A DNA stretch of 64,000 bases from an uncultured virus (IMG/VR IMGVR_UViG_3300028797_000119) (IMGVR_UViG_3300028797_000119), one strand, 5' to 3'. Counted from the first letter of the stretch, positions 19,228 through 28,983 are shown. Numbers and translations: made by a program. Notes: generated by a model not told the origin, from the sequence alone.

Positions 19228-19695
19228 CTAATCTTTGCGTCCTACATAGGTGATGGTTTCGATGAACGGACGGAGCGCGTCTTGCATATTTTCGACCGAG
19301 CATTCCATTTCGTACTGGATGCGACGGATGCGGTCAAGGTCGGCGAACGCATTGCGGTAGAGTTCAACCGGAGTATCGTTCGATGCGGCGATGCGACCAG
19401 CGACGTAGTTCATCAAGTAGTCGTCGATAGAGTCGACATCTACCTTGTTAGAGCGGACTTCCACGATGAAGTTTTCAGGAACCGAAGCGAGCTTCTTGAA
19501 CACAATCGTGCCGATGTCGGTGCTGCACTTCTTGAAGCTCATAATGACACGTTCTTCGGTTTCGGTCTTGGTTTTACGGATCTTCACGCGCTGATGCAAC
19601 ACGGGGAGCGTCTTCTGGACGTATTCTTGCATTGCTTGCTTGAGGTTATCGTTACCCAAGATGTCGTTGTTCTTGAAAAATAAAGTCGGATTCAT
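19228..19695 (-). CDS. hypothetical protein
   Basis: AAGGAG RBS. Confidence 0.75.
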   Translation of the reverse strand: MNPTLFFKNNDILGNDNLKQAMQEYVQKTLPVLHQRVKIRKTKTETEERVIMSFKKCSTDIGTIVFKKLASVPENFIVEVRSNKVDVDSIDDYLMNYVAGRIAASNDTPVELYRNAFADLDRIRRIQYEMECSVENMQDALRPFIETITYVGRKD

Positions 19696-19713
19696 TGTAG
19701 ATTCTCCTTTTGG

Positions 19714-20280
19714 TTAGAGTTCGAGACGGTTGATGCAAAGGACGTATTCCGAACCAGTCTTCTTGTTCTTGAGCGTGTATTCGCCGATAGGTTCGTCTTC
19801 GATAATGAGCTTGTCTTCGACCCAAAGTTCGAAATTGGGGTTGTCTGCGCTGACACGCGGTTCGCGGTATTTGGACGAAATGTAGTCCATATACACGGGC
19901 GGACACGAGAACTGCAACTCCATATTCATACATTCAGGTTCGTGCTTGGCAATCAATTTGGAGAAAAGATTCGCCACGGCTTGCTTCGCTTCGAGCGGAG
20001 TGCGGATCTGATGGGTGGAACAGACGGTCTTGATGGTCTTGCCGACCTTGACGTAGCCGCTGACTACGAACGGACGGAGGTCCCCAAAGACACGCTTGCC
20101 AAGTTCGCCGAGCGGCTTGCGGCACATCGGACAAGCCGGGAAGTGGAAATCGGCCACATACTTGTTGTGTTCGTCATAGAACTTGAAAACGCCTTCGGAT
20201 TCGGTTCCCTTGGTGTCGAGCGAAACCTCGTTATGGGACGAAAGGATTCCGAGATTGACTCGGTCGCAATATTCACACAT
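19714..20280 (-). CDS. hypothetical protein with CxxC pairs
   Basis: MCEYC...CPMCRK; junction element. Confidence 0.75.
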   Translation of the reverse strand: MCEYCDRVNLGILSSHNEVSLDTKGTESEGVFKFYDEHNKYVADFHFPACPMCRKPLGELGKRVFGDLRPFVVSGYVKVGKTIKTVCSTHQIRTPLEAKQAVANLFSKLIAKHEPECMNMELQFSCPPVYMDYISSKYREPRVSADNPNFELWVEDKLIIEDEPIGEYTLKNKKTGSEYVLCINRLEL

Positions 20281-20363
20281 ATTTAACTCCTTTTGGTTAT
20301 GTATGACAGATACAGAACTGGGGGAAGCCCGGCCTCCCCCAGTCTATTCTATCTCAGATGGAT

Positions 20364-20759
20364 TTAAAGGTTTTCGCAACCAGATTCGTTGAGAGCGTCA
20401 AGCTTTTCGTTGAACTTGATGAACAAGTCATCGATTTTCTTAGCCTTAGCTTCGAAGTCTGCGCCCATTACCAGCGAAACATCGGTGGTCGGCTTGACGA
20501 TGTCAAACACGTTACGCTGATGAAGGTTGCATTCACGGAAACATTCAAATCGGGTGTGCATTCGGTACTGAACGCTCACTGATTTGTACCCTTGACGCTT
20601 GGTCGTGTAGGTCTGGAAAGCCACGGTAATCGTGCCGTTTTTCAGGTCCTTCTTCAAGGGAAAATCTTCCCAACGGTTCTCCCGTGTAAAGCCAAACGCC
20701 ATCAATACGTCTCTGAGTTGATCGGCGGTTTCGGAAGTGATGTTGACCTTTGTCGCCAT
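20364..20759 (-). CDS. hypothetical protein
   Basis: start refined to ATG 20759. Confidence 0.7.
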   Translation of the reverse strand: MATKVNITSETADQLRDVLMAFGFTRENRWEDFPLKKDLKNGTITVAFQTYTTKRQGYKSVSVQYRMHTRFECFRECNLHQRNVFDIVKPTTDVSLVMGADFEAKAKKIDDLFIKFNEKLDALNESGCENL

Positions 20760-20769
20760 ATATTTCCCC

Positions 20770-21210
20770 CTAATGGTTCTTCTTGAAGCGTTTGATTGTG
20801 CTATAGAGACGGCATGCCATGCTGGCAATGTTGCATACGGTTTCGATTTCGTCGCGGAGTTCAATTCCACAGTGGTTGTTGCGTAGGCCGATGAGTCCGG
20901 ACATCAAGAACGTACGAATCACATTGGAGTCAATACGCTTGACAGTCACGGTGATAGTGCCATCAGAACACGGACGGAAGTAAGCTTCGACGATTCCGTC
21001 ACCATCCTTACCAGCATTTGTCGGAACACGGATATACTTGAAACACGGTGAACCTTGTTCATCGGTAACCAGTTCGAGACCTCTGGTTCCGTGTTCTACC
21101 CAGCCATTGCCGACATAGAGCTTCTTGAGCTGCTGGTCGCCGTACTGGGTTGGATTATTACTCTTCAAGAGGTTGAAATCGTACATCTGGTCTTTGGTAA
21201 ATTCAGCCAT
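20770..21210 (-). CDS. hypothetical protein
   Basis: AAGGAG RBS, junction element. Confidence 0.75.
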   Translation of the reverse strand: MAEFTKDQMYDFNLLKSNNPTQYGDQQLKKLYVGNGWVEHGTRGLELVTDEQGSPCFKYIRVPTNAGKDGDGIVEAYFRPCSDGTITVTVKRIDSNVIRTFLMSGLIGLRNNHCGIELRDEIETVCNIASMACRLYSTIKRFKKNH

Positions 21211-21278
21211 ATTGACTCCTTTGTTTACGTTTGGCGGATGGATGGTAAAGGGAACCCCGGCTGAATGCCGAACAGTCC

Positions 21279-21986
21279 CTAGTCGATAACCTTGCAGTAG
21301 ACAACGTTGTCTGGGTATTCAACAAGCGGTCCGTAGTTGCTGATATACTTGCCTTCCACATTCTTCATATAACCACGGAGAACCTTCGCATTGCGTTCCG
21401 GATGCACACCCACGACACAGCCCTGTTCGAAGGCAACCGTGTGTACGAGGTCGCTAAAACTGTCCGGATTGCAGTGACCCATCGGATCCACATAGCAGAA
21501 CTTGATTTTATCACCAATCTTGATTTCGCGGTTGTCGATATCCACGAGACCAGTCTTCACGATAATACCAGGTTCTACGTCGGAAGTATGACCAACCATA
21601 CTTTTTAAGTTAGTTTCATACAATTCGGGGATGTCCTTGATGAAATTTTCAAGGTGCTTGCTGAAATTGACACCCTTTAGGTCATAGAGAACAACATCTT
21701 CCGGAGTAAGAATCGTGGCCGCTGGAATAGCGGTGACACTGGTGGATAGATTGAAGAAGTCGCCGTTATTGGCGTTGCGATAATTTTCGGCGCGGAAAAA
21801 TTCTCCGGTGACGTTCTTGATTTTGCCGTTGCTGTCGTTGTGGCGGAACGTCACGATACATTTAAGCTTACCGATAAACTTCGTATAATCGTGATAACTA
21901 CCACGTTTGTTCAACGCATAGCCGAGTTCAACAAGCTTTGCCTCGACGAGCTTAAATTCTTCCGGGGTGTTTTTTCTCTTAGCCAT
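21279..21986 (-). CDS. protein with C-terminal YopX-like domain
   Basis: TGLVDIDNREIKIGDKIK resembles the YopX motif TGLxDKNGxEIYEGDI. Confidence 0.55.
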   Translation of the reverse strand: MAKRKNTPEEFKLVEAKLVELGYALNKRGSYHDYTKFIGKLKCIVTFRHNDSNGKIKNVTGEFFRAENYRNANNGDFFNLSTSVTAIPAATILTPEDVVLYDLKGVNFSKHLENFIKDIPELYETNLKSMVGHTSDVEPGIIVKTGLVDIDNREIKIGDKIKFCYVDPMGHCNPDSFSDLVHTVAFEQGCVVGVHPERNAKVLRGYMKNVEGKYISNYGPLVEYPDNVVYCKVID

Positions 21987-21995
21987 AATTAACTC

Positions 21996-22568
21996 CTAGT
22001 ATTTGCAAACAAGATATTTCATCTTGGTCGCACGAAAATTGTGGTTGGCATCGCATACGACCACATCGTTGCCGTCCTTAATCAGTGCGGCGGGAAGCTT
22101 GCAGACAAAGTGGACATAGTCGATGTTATCTGTATCGAAGCATTCGGTAGCCGTTTCAATGGTCTGGTGTTCCAGTTCGGATAGATTCACCACACCAAAA
22201 TCGGTTTTCAAGATTTCGCAAGCGATGCGGTAGATGACGTCGTATGGACGTTTTAACAGAAGTAACTCTTCCGGTGTACGGATTTTGGTTGTCTCGTTTG
22301 TCAGCTCCGTCGAAGTCTCGATGATGAACTTGACCTTAGTGGCGAGAAGTTCCATAGCGCAATCGGACAGAACCGAGGTCAGTAGAACATCGCCGTTGCC
22401 GTCTGCCACCGACAATGCGCGTCTTGTCAGCGAGAACTTGTGGTCCAGACCCTTGTTGTGGATAAGGAACACGAACGGTTCTTGCATAAAGCGGTTGTGG
22501 TCTTCCTGATACACCTTCAAGGTGTCCTTCAGTGCGACAAACGGAATGTAGTAGCTAGTGTTCTTCAT
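21996..22568 (-). CDS. hypothetical protein
   Basis: AGGAG RBS, junction element. Confidence 0.75.
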   Translation of the reverse strand: MKNTSYYIPFVALKDTLKVYQEDHNRFMQEPFVFLIHNKGLDHKFSLTRRALSVADGNGDVLLTSVLSDCAMELLATKVKFIIETSTELTNETTKIRTPEELLLLKRPYDVIYRIACEILKTDFGVVNLSELEHQTIETATECFDTDNIDYVHFVCKLPAALIKDGNDVVVCDANHNFRATKMKYLVCKY

Positions 22569-22623
22569 ATTATCTCCTGTTTACGTCCGAAATATAGCAA
22601 TGAAGGGGACACCCGGCAATAGG

Positions 22624-23310
22624 TTAATCATTACCTCTCACGAAGTACGAATCATCATCGCTTCTGGACAGCTTCGCAGGGAGATCGATTATTGCGAAAT
22701 TGGTCGGATTCAAATCAATCGCATCATTCGGACAGCACCCATCCGCGATTTCGACTTCGTTCGGCACGATGTACATATCCACATCGTTCCCACGGTCAAT
22801 AATCAACAGATTCGCCTTAGCCTCGTCCAGAACCTTCTTCAAGGCCACCGCCTTTTCGGAAATCTTCGTGGTCAAATCGTCGGAAATCTTGCCATAGATG
22901 GCTTCGGCTTCGACCGATTTCACGCTGTGAACGATGTTGTAGATAGCGTTGAGCGTCTGGCTAAATTCACCGTCACTGAGAATGTTTGCACTTGGGATCT
23001 GCGATGAAATTGTGTTATCCTTGGTATAGATGCACAACCGGACTTCGTTCTTGACAGTGAACGAAATGTCGTATTCAAACCACTTACCGTCAAGCATAAC
23101 CTCGCCTCTAAAACGGCGACCGTCAAGAGGTTCTTCGTAGGCAATCTGCTTGATTTCCTTGGTTTCGCAGAAACGACCTGTCACTCGACCGCCAAACGCG
23201 GTGAGGATGCCGTTAGACAATACAGCTTCCATCTGCTGAATATAGCTAGACAAATCCACGGTGTTATCGGTCTGGGACATCAATTCGATGATGGTATGCT
23301 TAAAATCCAT
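22624..23310 (-). CDS. hypothetical protein
   Basis: AAGGAG RBS, junction element. Confidence 0.75.
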   Translation of the reverse strand: MDFKHTIIELMSQTDNTVDLSSYIQQMEAVLSNGILTAFGGRVTGRFCETKEIKQIAYEEPLDGRRFRGEVMLDGKWFEYDISFTVKNEVRLCIYTKDNTISSQIPSANILSDGEFSQTLNAIYNIVHSVKSVEAEAIYGKISDDLTTKISEKAVALKKVLDEAKANLLIIDRGNDVDMYIVPNEVEIADGCCPNDAIDLNPTNFAIIDLPAKLSRSDDDSYFVRGND

Positions 23311-23377
23311 TTTAGACTCCTTGTTGGTTGTGTAGATCCGATACGAGAAAAGGGGAAGCCCGGCTCCCCCCTATGTA

Positions 23378-23617
23378 TTACTTCCGTTCCGACCTTAATT
23401 CCTTCAGCCGTTGGTAGATTTCTTGTTCCTTTGCGTACAAAAGGTTACGGAGTGAGTCGTTTTCGGCCTCAAGTTCGGCGACCTTTTTCTTGTAAGGCGT
23501 TATCCAAGTTTCGTCGTACGCTTCGCGATATTTCTGTGCGCCAAACCCGGCGGCGAATAGAGCGACAACGACGATTATAAGAACCCAAGTAACCTTGTCT
23601 GGATGTCCTTTGAACAT
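23378..23617 (-). CDS. small TM/coiled-coil protein
   Basis: TM then coiled coil. Confidence 0.6.
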   Translation of the reverse strand: MFKGHPDKVTWVLIIVVVALFAAGFGAQKYREAYDETWITPYKKKVAELEAENDSLRNLLYAKEQEIYQRLKELRSERK

Positions 23618-23627
23618 ATTTCCCCCG

Positions 23628-24014
23628 CTACATATGGCACATATATTTAGAGACCACCTTGCAGCCGACAATCTCGTATGTCAAGCTGTCCGATATATGG
23701 AAATTCCGTATAATCTGCTCGTACGATTTCTTGCCGTTGGTAGACCAGCAAGCATAATTGTACTCCTTGTTGGCATACATTATGGTGATGTACGGCTGGG
23801 TTGAGACGGCGGCTCCTTCAAATATCCCGCCACCGACCGTAGCGGCTATCGGGTTGTCGATTTCCACATAGCCGCACGGAGTCTGGAAAACGACTTCGCT
23901 TCCGCGCTTCACGATTCCCATTCGAGCGGTTATTTCCTTTTCGGTTTTAGTGCAAGCATCTTCGCATCCGACAAGCGCAAATGCGGCAATCAATATTAAA
24001 ATCAGTTTCTTCAT
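23628..24014 (-). CDS. putative lipoprotein
   Basis: MKKLILILIAAFALVG-C lipobox. Confidence 0.7.
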   Translation of the reverse strand: MKKLILILIAAFALVGCEDACTKTEKEITARMGIVKRGSEVVFQTPCGYVEIDNPIAATVGGGIFEGAAVSTQPYITIMYANKEYNYACWSTNGKKSYEQIIRNFHISDSLTYEIVGCKVVSKYMCHM

Positions 24015-24034
24015 TGTTTTCCTCTTGGTTATGG

Positions 24035-24376
24035 TTAGACTTCACATTCATACTTTCCGGTGTTCTTGAACTGCATCCACTTCTTGTAGCAGTCTGGACC
24101 GACTGGATAGAAGTTCAGTTCGGCGTTCTCCTTGAAGCGTTCGTCTCGCGCACGGAGTTCAGCCGGAAATTCGTCCGGAAAGTCCGTCAGCAAGTCGCCG
24201 CCGTCGAACCAGTGGAGCATCTGCATCTTGCTCTTCTTTTCTTCGTTGATGGCCTTTCCGCAGATGCAGCACGGCGTACCGCCGTGGTCGTTAGTCCAGT
24301 CGTCATTCTTCCGAAAATTCGGCGACTTGATGTCGTCGTGCTTGATGATGGTCATCTTAATCTTGTTCGTTGCCAT
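24035..24376 (-). CDS. hypothetical Zn-binding protein
   Basis: CCICGK...VGPDC; junction element. Confidence 0.75.
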   Translation of the reverse strand: MATNKIKMTIIKHDDIKSPNFRKNDDWTNDHGGTPCCICGKAINEEKKSKMQMLHWFDGGDLLTDFPDEFPAELRARDERFKENAELNFYPVGPDCYKKWMQFKNTGKYECEV

Positions 24377-24446
24377 TATTGACTCCTTTTGGTTGTATAG
24401 CGGTTATGGAGAACCAGGGGAAGCCCGGACAGTTCTAGTTAATCGG

Positions 24447-24929
24447 TCACAAGGAAAAGTCCGGCATCGCTTTCGCGAACGCTTCCCATTCCTTGTGGTA
24501 CGGACAGTCTTCGGAATCAGCGAACTTCTGGTAGATACCAGTGAAGCGAGCCAGATGGGTCTTGCGGCTTTCAGGACCGTCCGTATAGATGGACGGAGCC
24601 ACGCGCTGACCGCCAGCAATCTTGAATCTTTCGAACGTGAACGTGACGATTCGACCGTTCAACACGCAGAAAGTGGCTCGAACGACAGTCTTGGAAAATT
24701 TGGTACTGCGGCTATAACCGCTGAGGCCGCTGTACATAATGACCTTGTAGCGTCCGCGCTTGATAGCGGACTTCTTGAAGAAAAGGTCACACACGTCGCG
24801 GAGAAGTTCGTCGAGTGACGAAAAACCATGTTCCAGACGGCCTTGAACTTGAGTTAATACTCCCAGAGCTTCCTTGTAGAGAAGATCGGAAATCTTGAGG
24901 GAGTTACCATTCCATTCGATAGTCTTCAT
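24447..24929 (-). CDS. hypothetical protein
   Basis: ORF with RBS. Confidence 0.7.
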   Translation of the reverse strand: MKTIEWNGNSLKISDLLYKEALGVLTQVQGRLEHGFSSLDELLRDVCDLFFKKSAIKRGRYKVIMYSGLSGYSRSTKFSKTVVRATFCVLNGRIVTFTFERFKIAGGQRVAPSIYTDGPESRKTHLARFTGIYQKFADSEDCPYHKEWEAFAKAMPDFSL

Positions 24930-24939
24930 ACTATCCCCC

Positions 24940-25191
24940 TTAGTCTTCGATGTTCAGCGTAATACCGAACTTTTCGAGAATTGACTTGCGGATGGTGAAT
25001 TTAATCTTACCAGACTTATGGTCGGCTTCTAGGACGGCAAAGCTGCGGTCACAAGCTCCGTCACCTTCATGGTAAACGCCGAGCTTGATGAAAGTCTGTG
25101 CCGGATTGTCCTTGCCGTAATAAGTATCATTAGCCCACGCGGTTCCGATAAGTTTTTTGGCGACCAGCTTACGTCGTAAATTCTGTTGCAT
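24940..25191 (-). CDS. hypothetical protein
   Basis: ORF with RBS. Confidence 0.65.
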   Translation of the reverse strand: MQQNLRRKLVAKKLIGTAWANDTYYGKDNPAQTFIKLGVYHEGDGACDRSFAVLEADHKSGKIKFTIRKSILEKFGITLNIED

Positions 25192-25384
25192 ATTTAACTC
25201 CTTTGGTTATGCCGACTGAACCGTATGCAGAACATAGTCTCTGCAATTCGGACAATAGCAGTTAACTTGGGTGGCCGAGGTCGGTGTTTCGTCCACCTTG
25301 GTAGTGTTGTGGCAACGATTGCAAACATATTTTTGCACCATTGGATACCTCTTGAAAATAAAAATGCCGGGGAAGCCCGGCCAC

Positions 25385-25750
25385 CTAGAGGTGAGTTTTC
25401 GGGTAAACTTGCTCCTTGTTCTTGCCGAGCCATTCGATTACGTTGTATATCAAGTTCAATTCGATCGAGTTAAAGCAAACCTTCGGAGCTATTCCGTACT
25501 TTGCGCGTGGCATAAATTCCGGATAGGTATCTGCGACATTGTTCTTCCCTTCGAACACGAACTCCTTGCCGCCATCTGGAGTGAAGTAAATCTTCACCCA
25601 AAGTTCGGTGTTCTTTTCGTCGCATATTAACAGGAGAAGCCGCGAAACCGTACCCTTGGGATAGCGGTTGTTCGGTCCACGGTCATCCTTGATGTCACTT
25701 TCATCAAAGTTGACCGTGAAGTGGAGTGTCTGCTCGCTACTTTGCGACAT
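25385..25750 (-). CDS. hypothetical protein
   Basis: start refined to ATG 25750. Confidence 0.6.
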   Translation of the reverse strand: MSQSSEQTLHFTVNFDESDIKDDRGPNNRYPKGTVSRLLLLICDEKNTELWVKIYFTPDGGKEFVFEGKNNVADTYPEFMPRAKYGIAPKVCFNSIELNLIYNVIEWLGKNKEQVYPKTHL

Positions 25751-25976
25751 ACACGCGCTCCGAGACGGGCTTCTTGAGCAAGGACAGAGCCTTCTTTTCG
25801 GGGATGAGCTTGCGGGTGCCGTCACCGAGACGAACGAACTTCATACCGGCGGTCTGGTTCATTTCGTTCTGGATTTTGATGATCGCGTAGTCGAATGCTG
25901 CGCGGTCGTCTTTGCTTCGTGCCAGCTTTTTGTAACGAGCGAGGGTTGTGATGATTTCGGAACGATTAGTAGCCAT
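25737..25976 (-). CDS. small basic protein
   Basis: AAGGAGG RBS. Confidence 0.7.
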   Translation of the reverse strand: MATNRSEIITTLARYKKLARSKDDRAAFDYAIIKIQNEMNQTAGMKFVRLGDGTRKLIPEKKALSLLKKPVSERVYVAK

Positions 25977-26091
25977 ATTGGCCTCCTTTTGTTTGTGGTT
26001 GATTGTTTGTTGTATAGGTTTGATGAATGGTTTGGGGAAACCCGGACTGGTTACTTCCAGTCACCGGATTCGAGAAAGGTCTTTACACGCA

Positions 26092-26778
26092 TTACAATTC
26101 CAGATTGTATACATCGCCAGTGTCGTTAGCCACGATGCGAGCCAGATCCGGCACGAATCCGTCATACGTCACCGTGTCGGTGATTTCGCGCATCAAGCGA
26201 GCGGCTTCGGTGATGATGTAAGCGTCGAAGTTCTGGCGAGAACTGGCGATACGGTTGATACCCTGTTCGTAGGACGTGTTCACCGCTTTGCCGTGTTCGT
26301 CGCGACGGTAGAAAGTCACTAAGAAGTTCTGATAGGTGATAAGCTCGTTCAGCTTGGACATAAATTCGGCGAGACGGACGACCTTGTCGAAGACGGTCTT
26401 GCGTTCACCCTTGGCGAAGGTCTTCGGCACGTACTGTTTCACAGCCGTGTGCAGTCCCATACGCTGGATGGTGAACTTGCGGCTCCCACGGTCGTGAGAA
26501 ACGCGGAAGTTCTTGTCGCCGAAGACGATGGAGAGGTCGTTCAGCACGTCCTCGATCTTCTTGAGGAAAATCTTCTTCAGGCAGCCGTCGGTCTGCTTGT
26601 ACGCATCGTCGCAGAGGCAGAAGGTAAATTCGCCCGTGCGGTAGTTCACCTTGTCGGTGTTGACAACATTGTCAAGGTGGTAGAGCTTGTAGACCGGGGA
26701 CGTTGTGATGGTGGTTTCCATCTTGTCCATCAATTCCTTGTCGGCGGCCAAGACGGTATCAACGGTAAATTGTTTCAT
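26092..26778 (-). CDS. hypothetical protein
   Basis: AAGGAG RBS, junction element. Confidence 0.75.
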   Translation of the reverse strand: MKQFTVDTVLAADKELMDKMETTITTSPVYKLYHLDNVVNTDKVNYRTGEFTFCLCDDAYKQTDGCLKKIFLKKIEDVLNDLSIVFGDKNFRVSHDRGSRKFTIQRMGLHTAVKQYVPKTFAKGERKTVFDKVVRLAEFMSKLNELITYQNFLVTFYRRDEHGKAVNTSYEQGINRIASSRQNFDAYIITEAARLMREITDTVTYDGFVPDLARIVANDTGDVYNLEL

Positions 26779-26860
26779 AATGGACTCCTTTGGTTTGTGT
26801 AGGTATTATTGATGGATGGTTAGGGGAAACCCGGACTATACCATGACAGTCTTGATGTTG

Positions 26861-27278
26861 ACATTCCACGCATATTCGTGGGTTTTATAACGTTGACGTA
26901 ATTGATCCCCACATGCATGGGTTGTATAGCGGTTCATCGAATATTGGCCGATAATTCACGTTTCAATCCCCACATGCATGAGTTATATCTGCATTTCGAC
27001 GTTCGTCACTTCGGCATTTTCTTTCAATCCCCACATACGTGGGTTGTATCAAACGCACCGACAACACCTAATACTACACTATCTTTCAATCCCCACATGC
27101 GTGGGTTGTATAACCGGGCGCATATTTTTTCAATCCCCACATACGTGTGTTGTATATATAAATTTTTAATCTATGTTTGTCAACCATTTTTCAATCCCCA
27201 CCTTCATGGGTTGTATTAAAACACGCTACCGGAGCGAATTACGCTATATTTTTCAATCCCCACGCATGTGGGTAGTGT
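26861..27278 (-). CRISPR. leader-distal degenerate CRISPR segment (7 recognisable repeats plus 1 relic)
   Basis: + strand TTTCAATCCCCACATRCRTGGGTTGTAT variants at about 26902, 26961, 27022, 27084, 27128, 27189, 27251; relic near 26861; spacers 33-34 nt except one of 16 nt. Confidence 0.9.
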
Positions 27279-27286
27279 GGTTTCAC

Positions 27287-27674
27287 AAAAAGCGTGGGCA
27301 GGAAGATGCCGTCCTTTTAGGGCGGCATAGGAATGCCCACGAAAGCACTTGCATTTTGAAAAGATATAAACTATATTGTACATAACGCTGAAAGTCTTGC
27401 TGAAATAAAAGGCACTCATCTAAAAGTCCAAAAGAGGCTCGTGGCTTGGTGAGGAAACAGTTTGATTGGATTCGGTAGCCACATACATAACGAGTTCAAG
27501 ATGCATTATGAGTATAGCGGATTGCTGAAATGCAGTCTAACCATCCCGACTCGTATGCCTACGCATACTTGACGGGCAGGCCGCAAGTCAACCGGCCAAT
27601 CGTATGTAAGTCTCCTCCGTGGAAACGCGCTGGAGCTTTACAAGCTCACCGCATTTAGGCGGTGCGTAGTTGAC
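27287..27674 (+). mobile_element. non-autonomous IS200/IS605-type mini-element (388 bp, no credible ORF) inserted in a CRISPR spacer
   Basis: ends homologous to the IS at 13859-15693: TCAC|AAAAAGCGTGGGCAG-GAAG-ATGCCGTCC-TTTTA-GGGCGGCAT and CAAG-CTCACCGCATTTAGGCGGTGCGTAGT-TGAC; flanks 8+26 nt rebuild a 34-nt spacer. Confidence 0.85.
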
Positions 27675-27700
27675 AGATGCGTGCGTAGTAAGTCTTGGTT

Positions 27701-28713
27701 TTGCAATCCCCACGCATGTGGGTAGTGTATATTGATTGACTTGTAAATCATAGGTCTCTACTTTGCAATCCCCACACATGTGGGTAGTGTTTCGAACTTA
27801 CCATCGAGAACATCAGGCCATTTCTTGCGATCCCCACACAAGTGGGTTGTGGCTAGCGCGTAAGCGGAAACATCATCGAACTGGTTTTGCGATCCCCACG
27901 CATGTGGGTTGTGTCATTCCGTAAGCACCTGATGTTATTGGGTTACATTGCAATCCCCACGCATGTGGGTTGTGTTGCAAGCGTGATGTAGACGGTCGTG
28001 TTATAGTCTTGCAATCCCCACGCATGTGGGTTGTGTTTCGATGTGACGCACCTTGCGAGAGACGACCCATTTGCGATCCCCACGCATGTGGGTTGTGTTG
28101 ACCAAAAGAAAACGCGCTGTCCTTTTGAATTGCAATCCCCACGTGTGTGGGCTGTGTCGTAGCCTTAACGCACAAGCTAGCTCTGACATTTTTGCAATCC
28201 CCACGCATGTGGGTTGTGTTCCTTTGCAAGAGACTTAGGCAAATCCGAAACATTTTGCAATCCCCACGCATGTGGGTTGTGTGTTCTAACATCGTTAAAG
28301 TGGGATTGGGAGATTTTGCAATCCCCACGCATGTGGGTTGTGTTTGGTCAACCCGCCCGGACAGAGTTTCAAATAGTTTGCAATCCCCACGCATGTGGGT
28401 TGTGTCCTTCTGCGACGACGGATGGAGCTACAAGCATTTTGCAATCCCCACGCATGTGGGTTGTGTCATGTTCCAGGGCTGTACTTCACTAACGACAGTT
28501 TTGCAATCCCCACGCATGTGGGTTGTGTTTCTCGTCTTCAATCATTGTTCCGCCGCTTGACATTGCAATCCCCACGCATGTGGGTTGTGTCGCTAAGGCA
28601 GTATTCGATAAGGTGTTCCTTGTTTTGCAATCCCCACGCATGTGGGTTGTGTACGCAGACGTGCGTCCGGCTCCACTGCTCGACTTTGCAATCCCCACGC
28701 ATGTGGGTTGTGT
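27701..28713 (-). CRISPR. CRISPR array, 17 repeats and 16 spacers
   Basis: 28-nt repeat TTGCAATCCCCACGCATGTGGGTTGTGT (+) with period about 61-62; mutations cluster at the left (trailer) end; AT-rich leader 28714-28773 next to cas2. Confidence 0.98.
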
Positions 28714-28773
28714 GCTGCATTTGTAGCAATAAATACTATTTATGAGGCTGCACAATGTATCATTTTAATTACA

Positions 28774-28983
28774 TTAAAAGGACTGTACGACTGGCATGAT
28801 ACCTTGTATAGGTTCTGTAGCTATATGAAAAGCCACCTTATTTGATGTCAAGAAATCTACTAACGACGACACTATTTTCGTGTTGGCGCACGTTGCATAG
28901 ACCCTTGGCGTTAGCTTAGTCGAAAAATTAGCTAACCGACCAGATACTGACGGTGGACACTGATTGACTATAAAAACGGTCAT
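28774..28983 (-). CDS. cas2: Cas2, type I-E-like (short, 69 aa)
   Basis: MTVFIVNQCPPSVSGRLANF...PRVY resembles Cas2e PPRLRGRLA..GVYV; ATGA overlap with cas1. Confidence 0.8.
   Translation of the reverse strand: MTVFIVNQCPPSVSGRLANFSTKLTPRVYATCANTKIVSSLVDFLTSNKVAFHIATEPIQGIMPVVQSF

Noticed and set aside
27279..27700. Second leader or tracrRNA between two independent arrays
   Set aside because: IS605-type ends and exact spacer reconstitution explain it better; no anti-repeat seen
26928..28685. Self-targeting spacers
   Set aside because: No match within the window noticed by eye; needs a computational search
26902..28845. ORFs of 60-173 aa across the CRISPR array
   Set aside because: Translations of repeats (LQSPRMWVV, HMRGDCK), with no RBS
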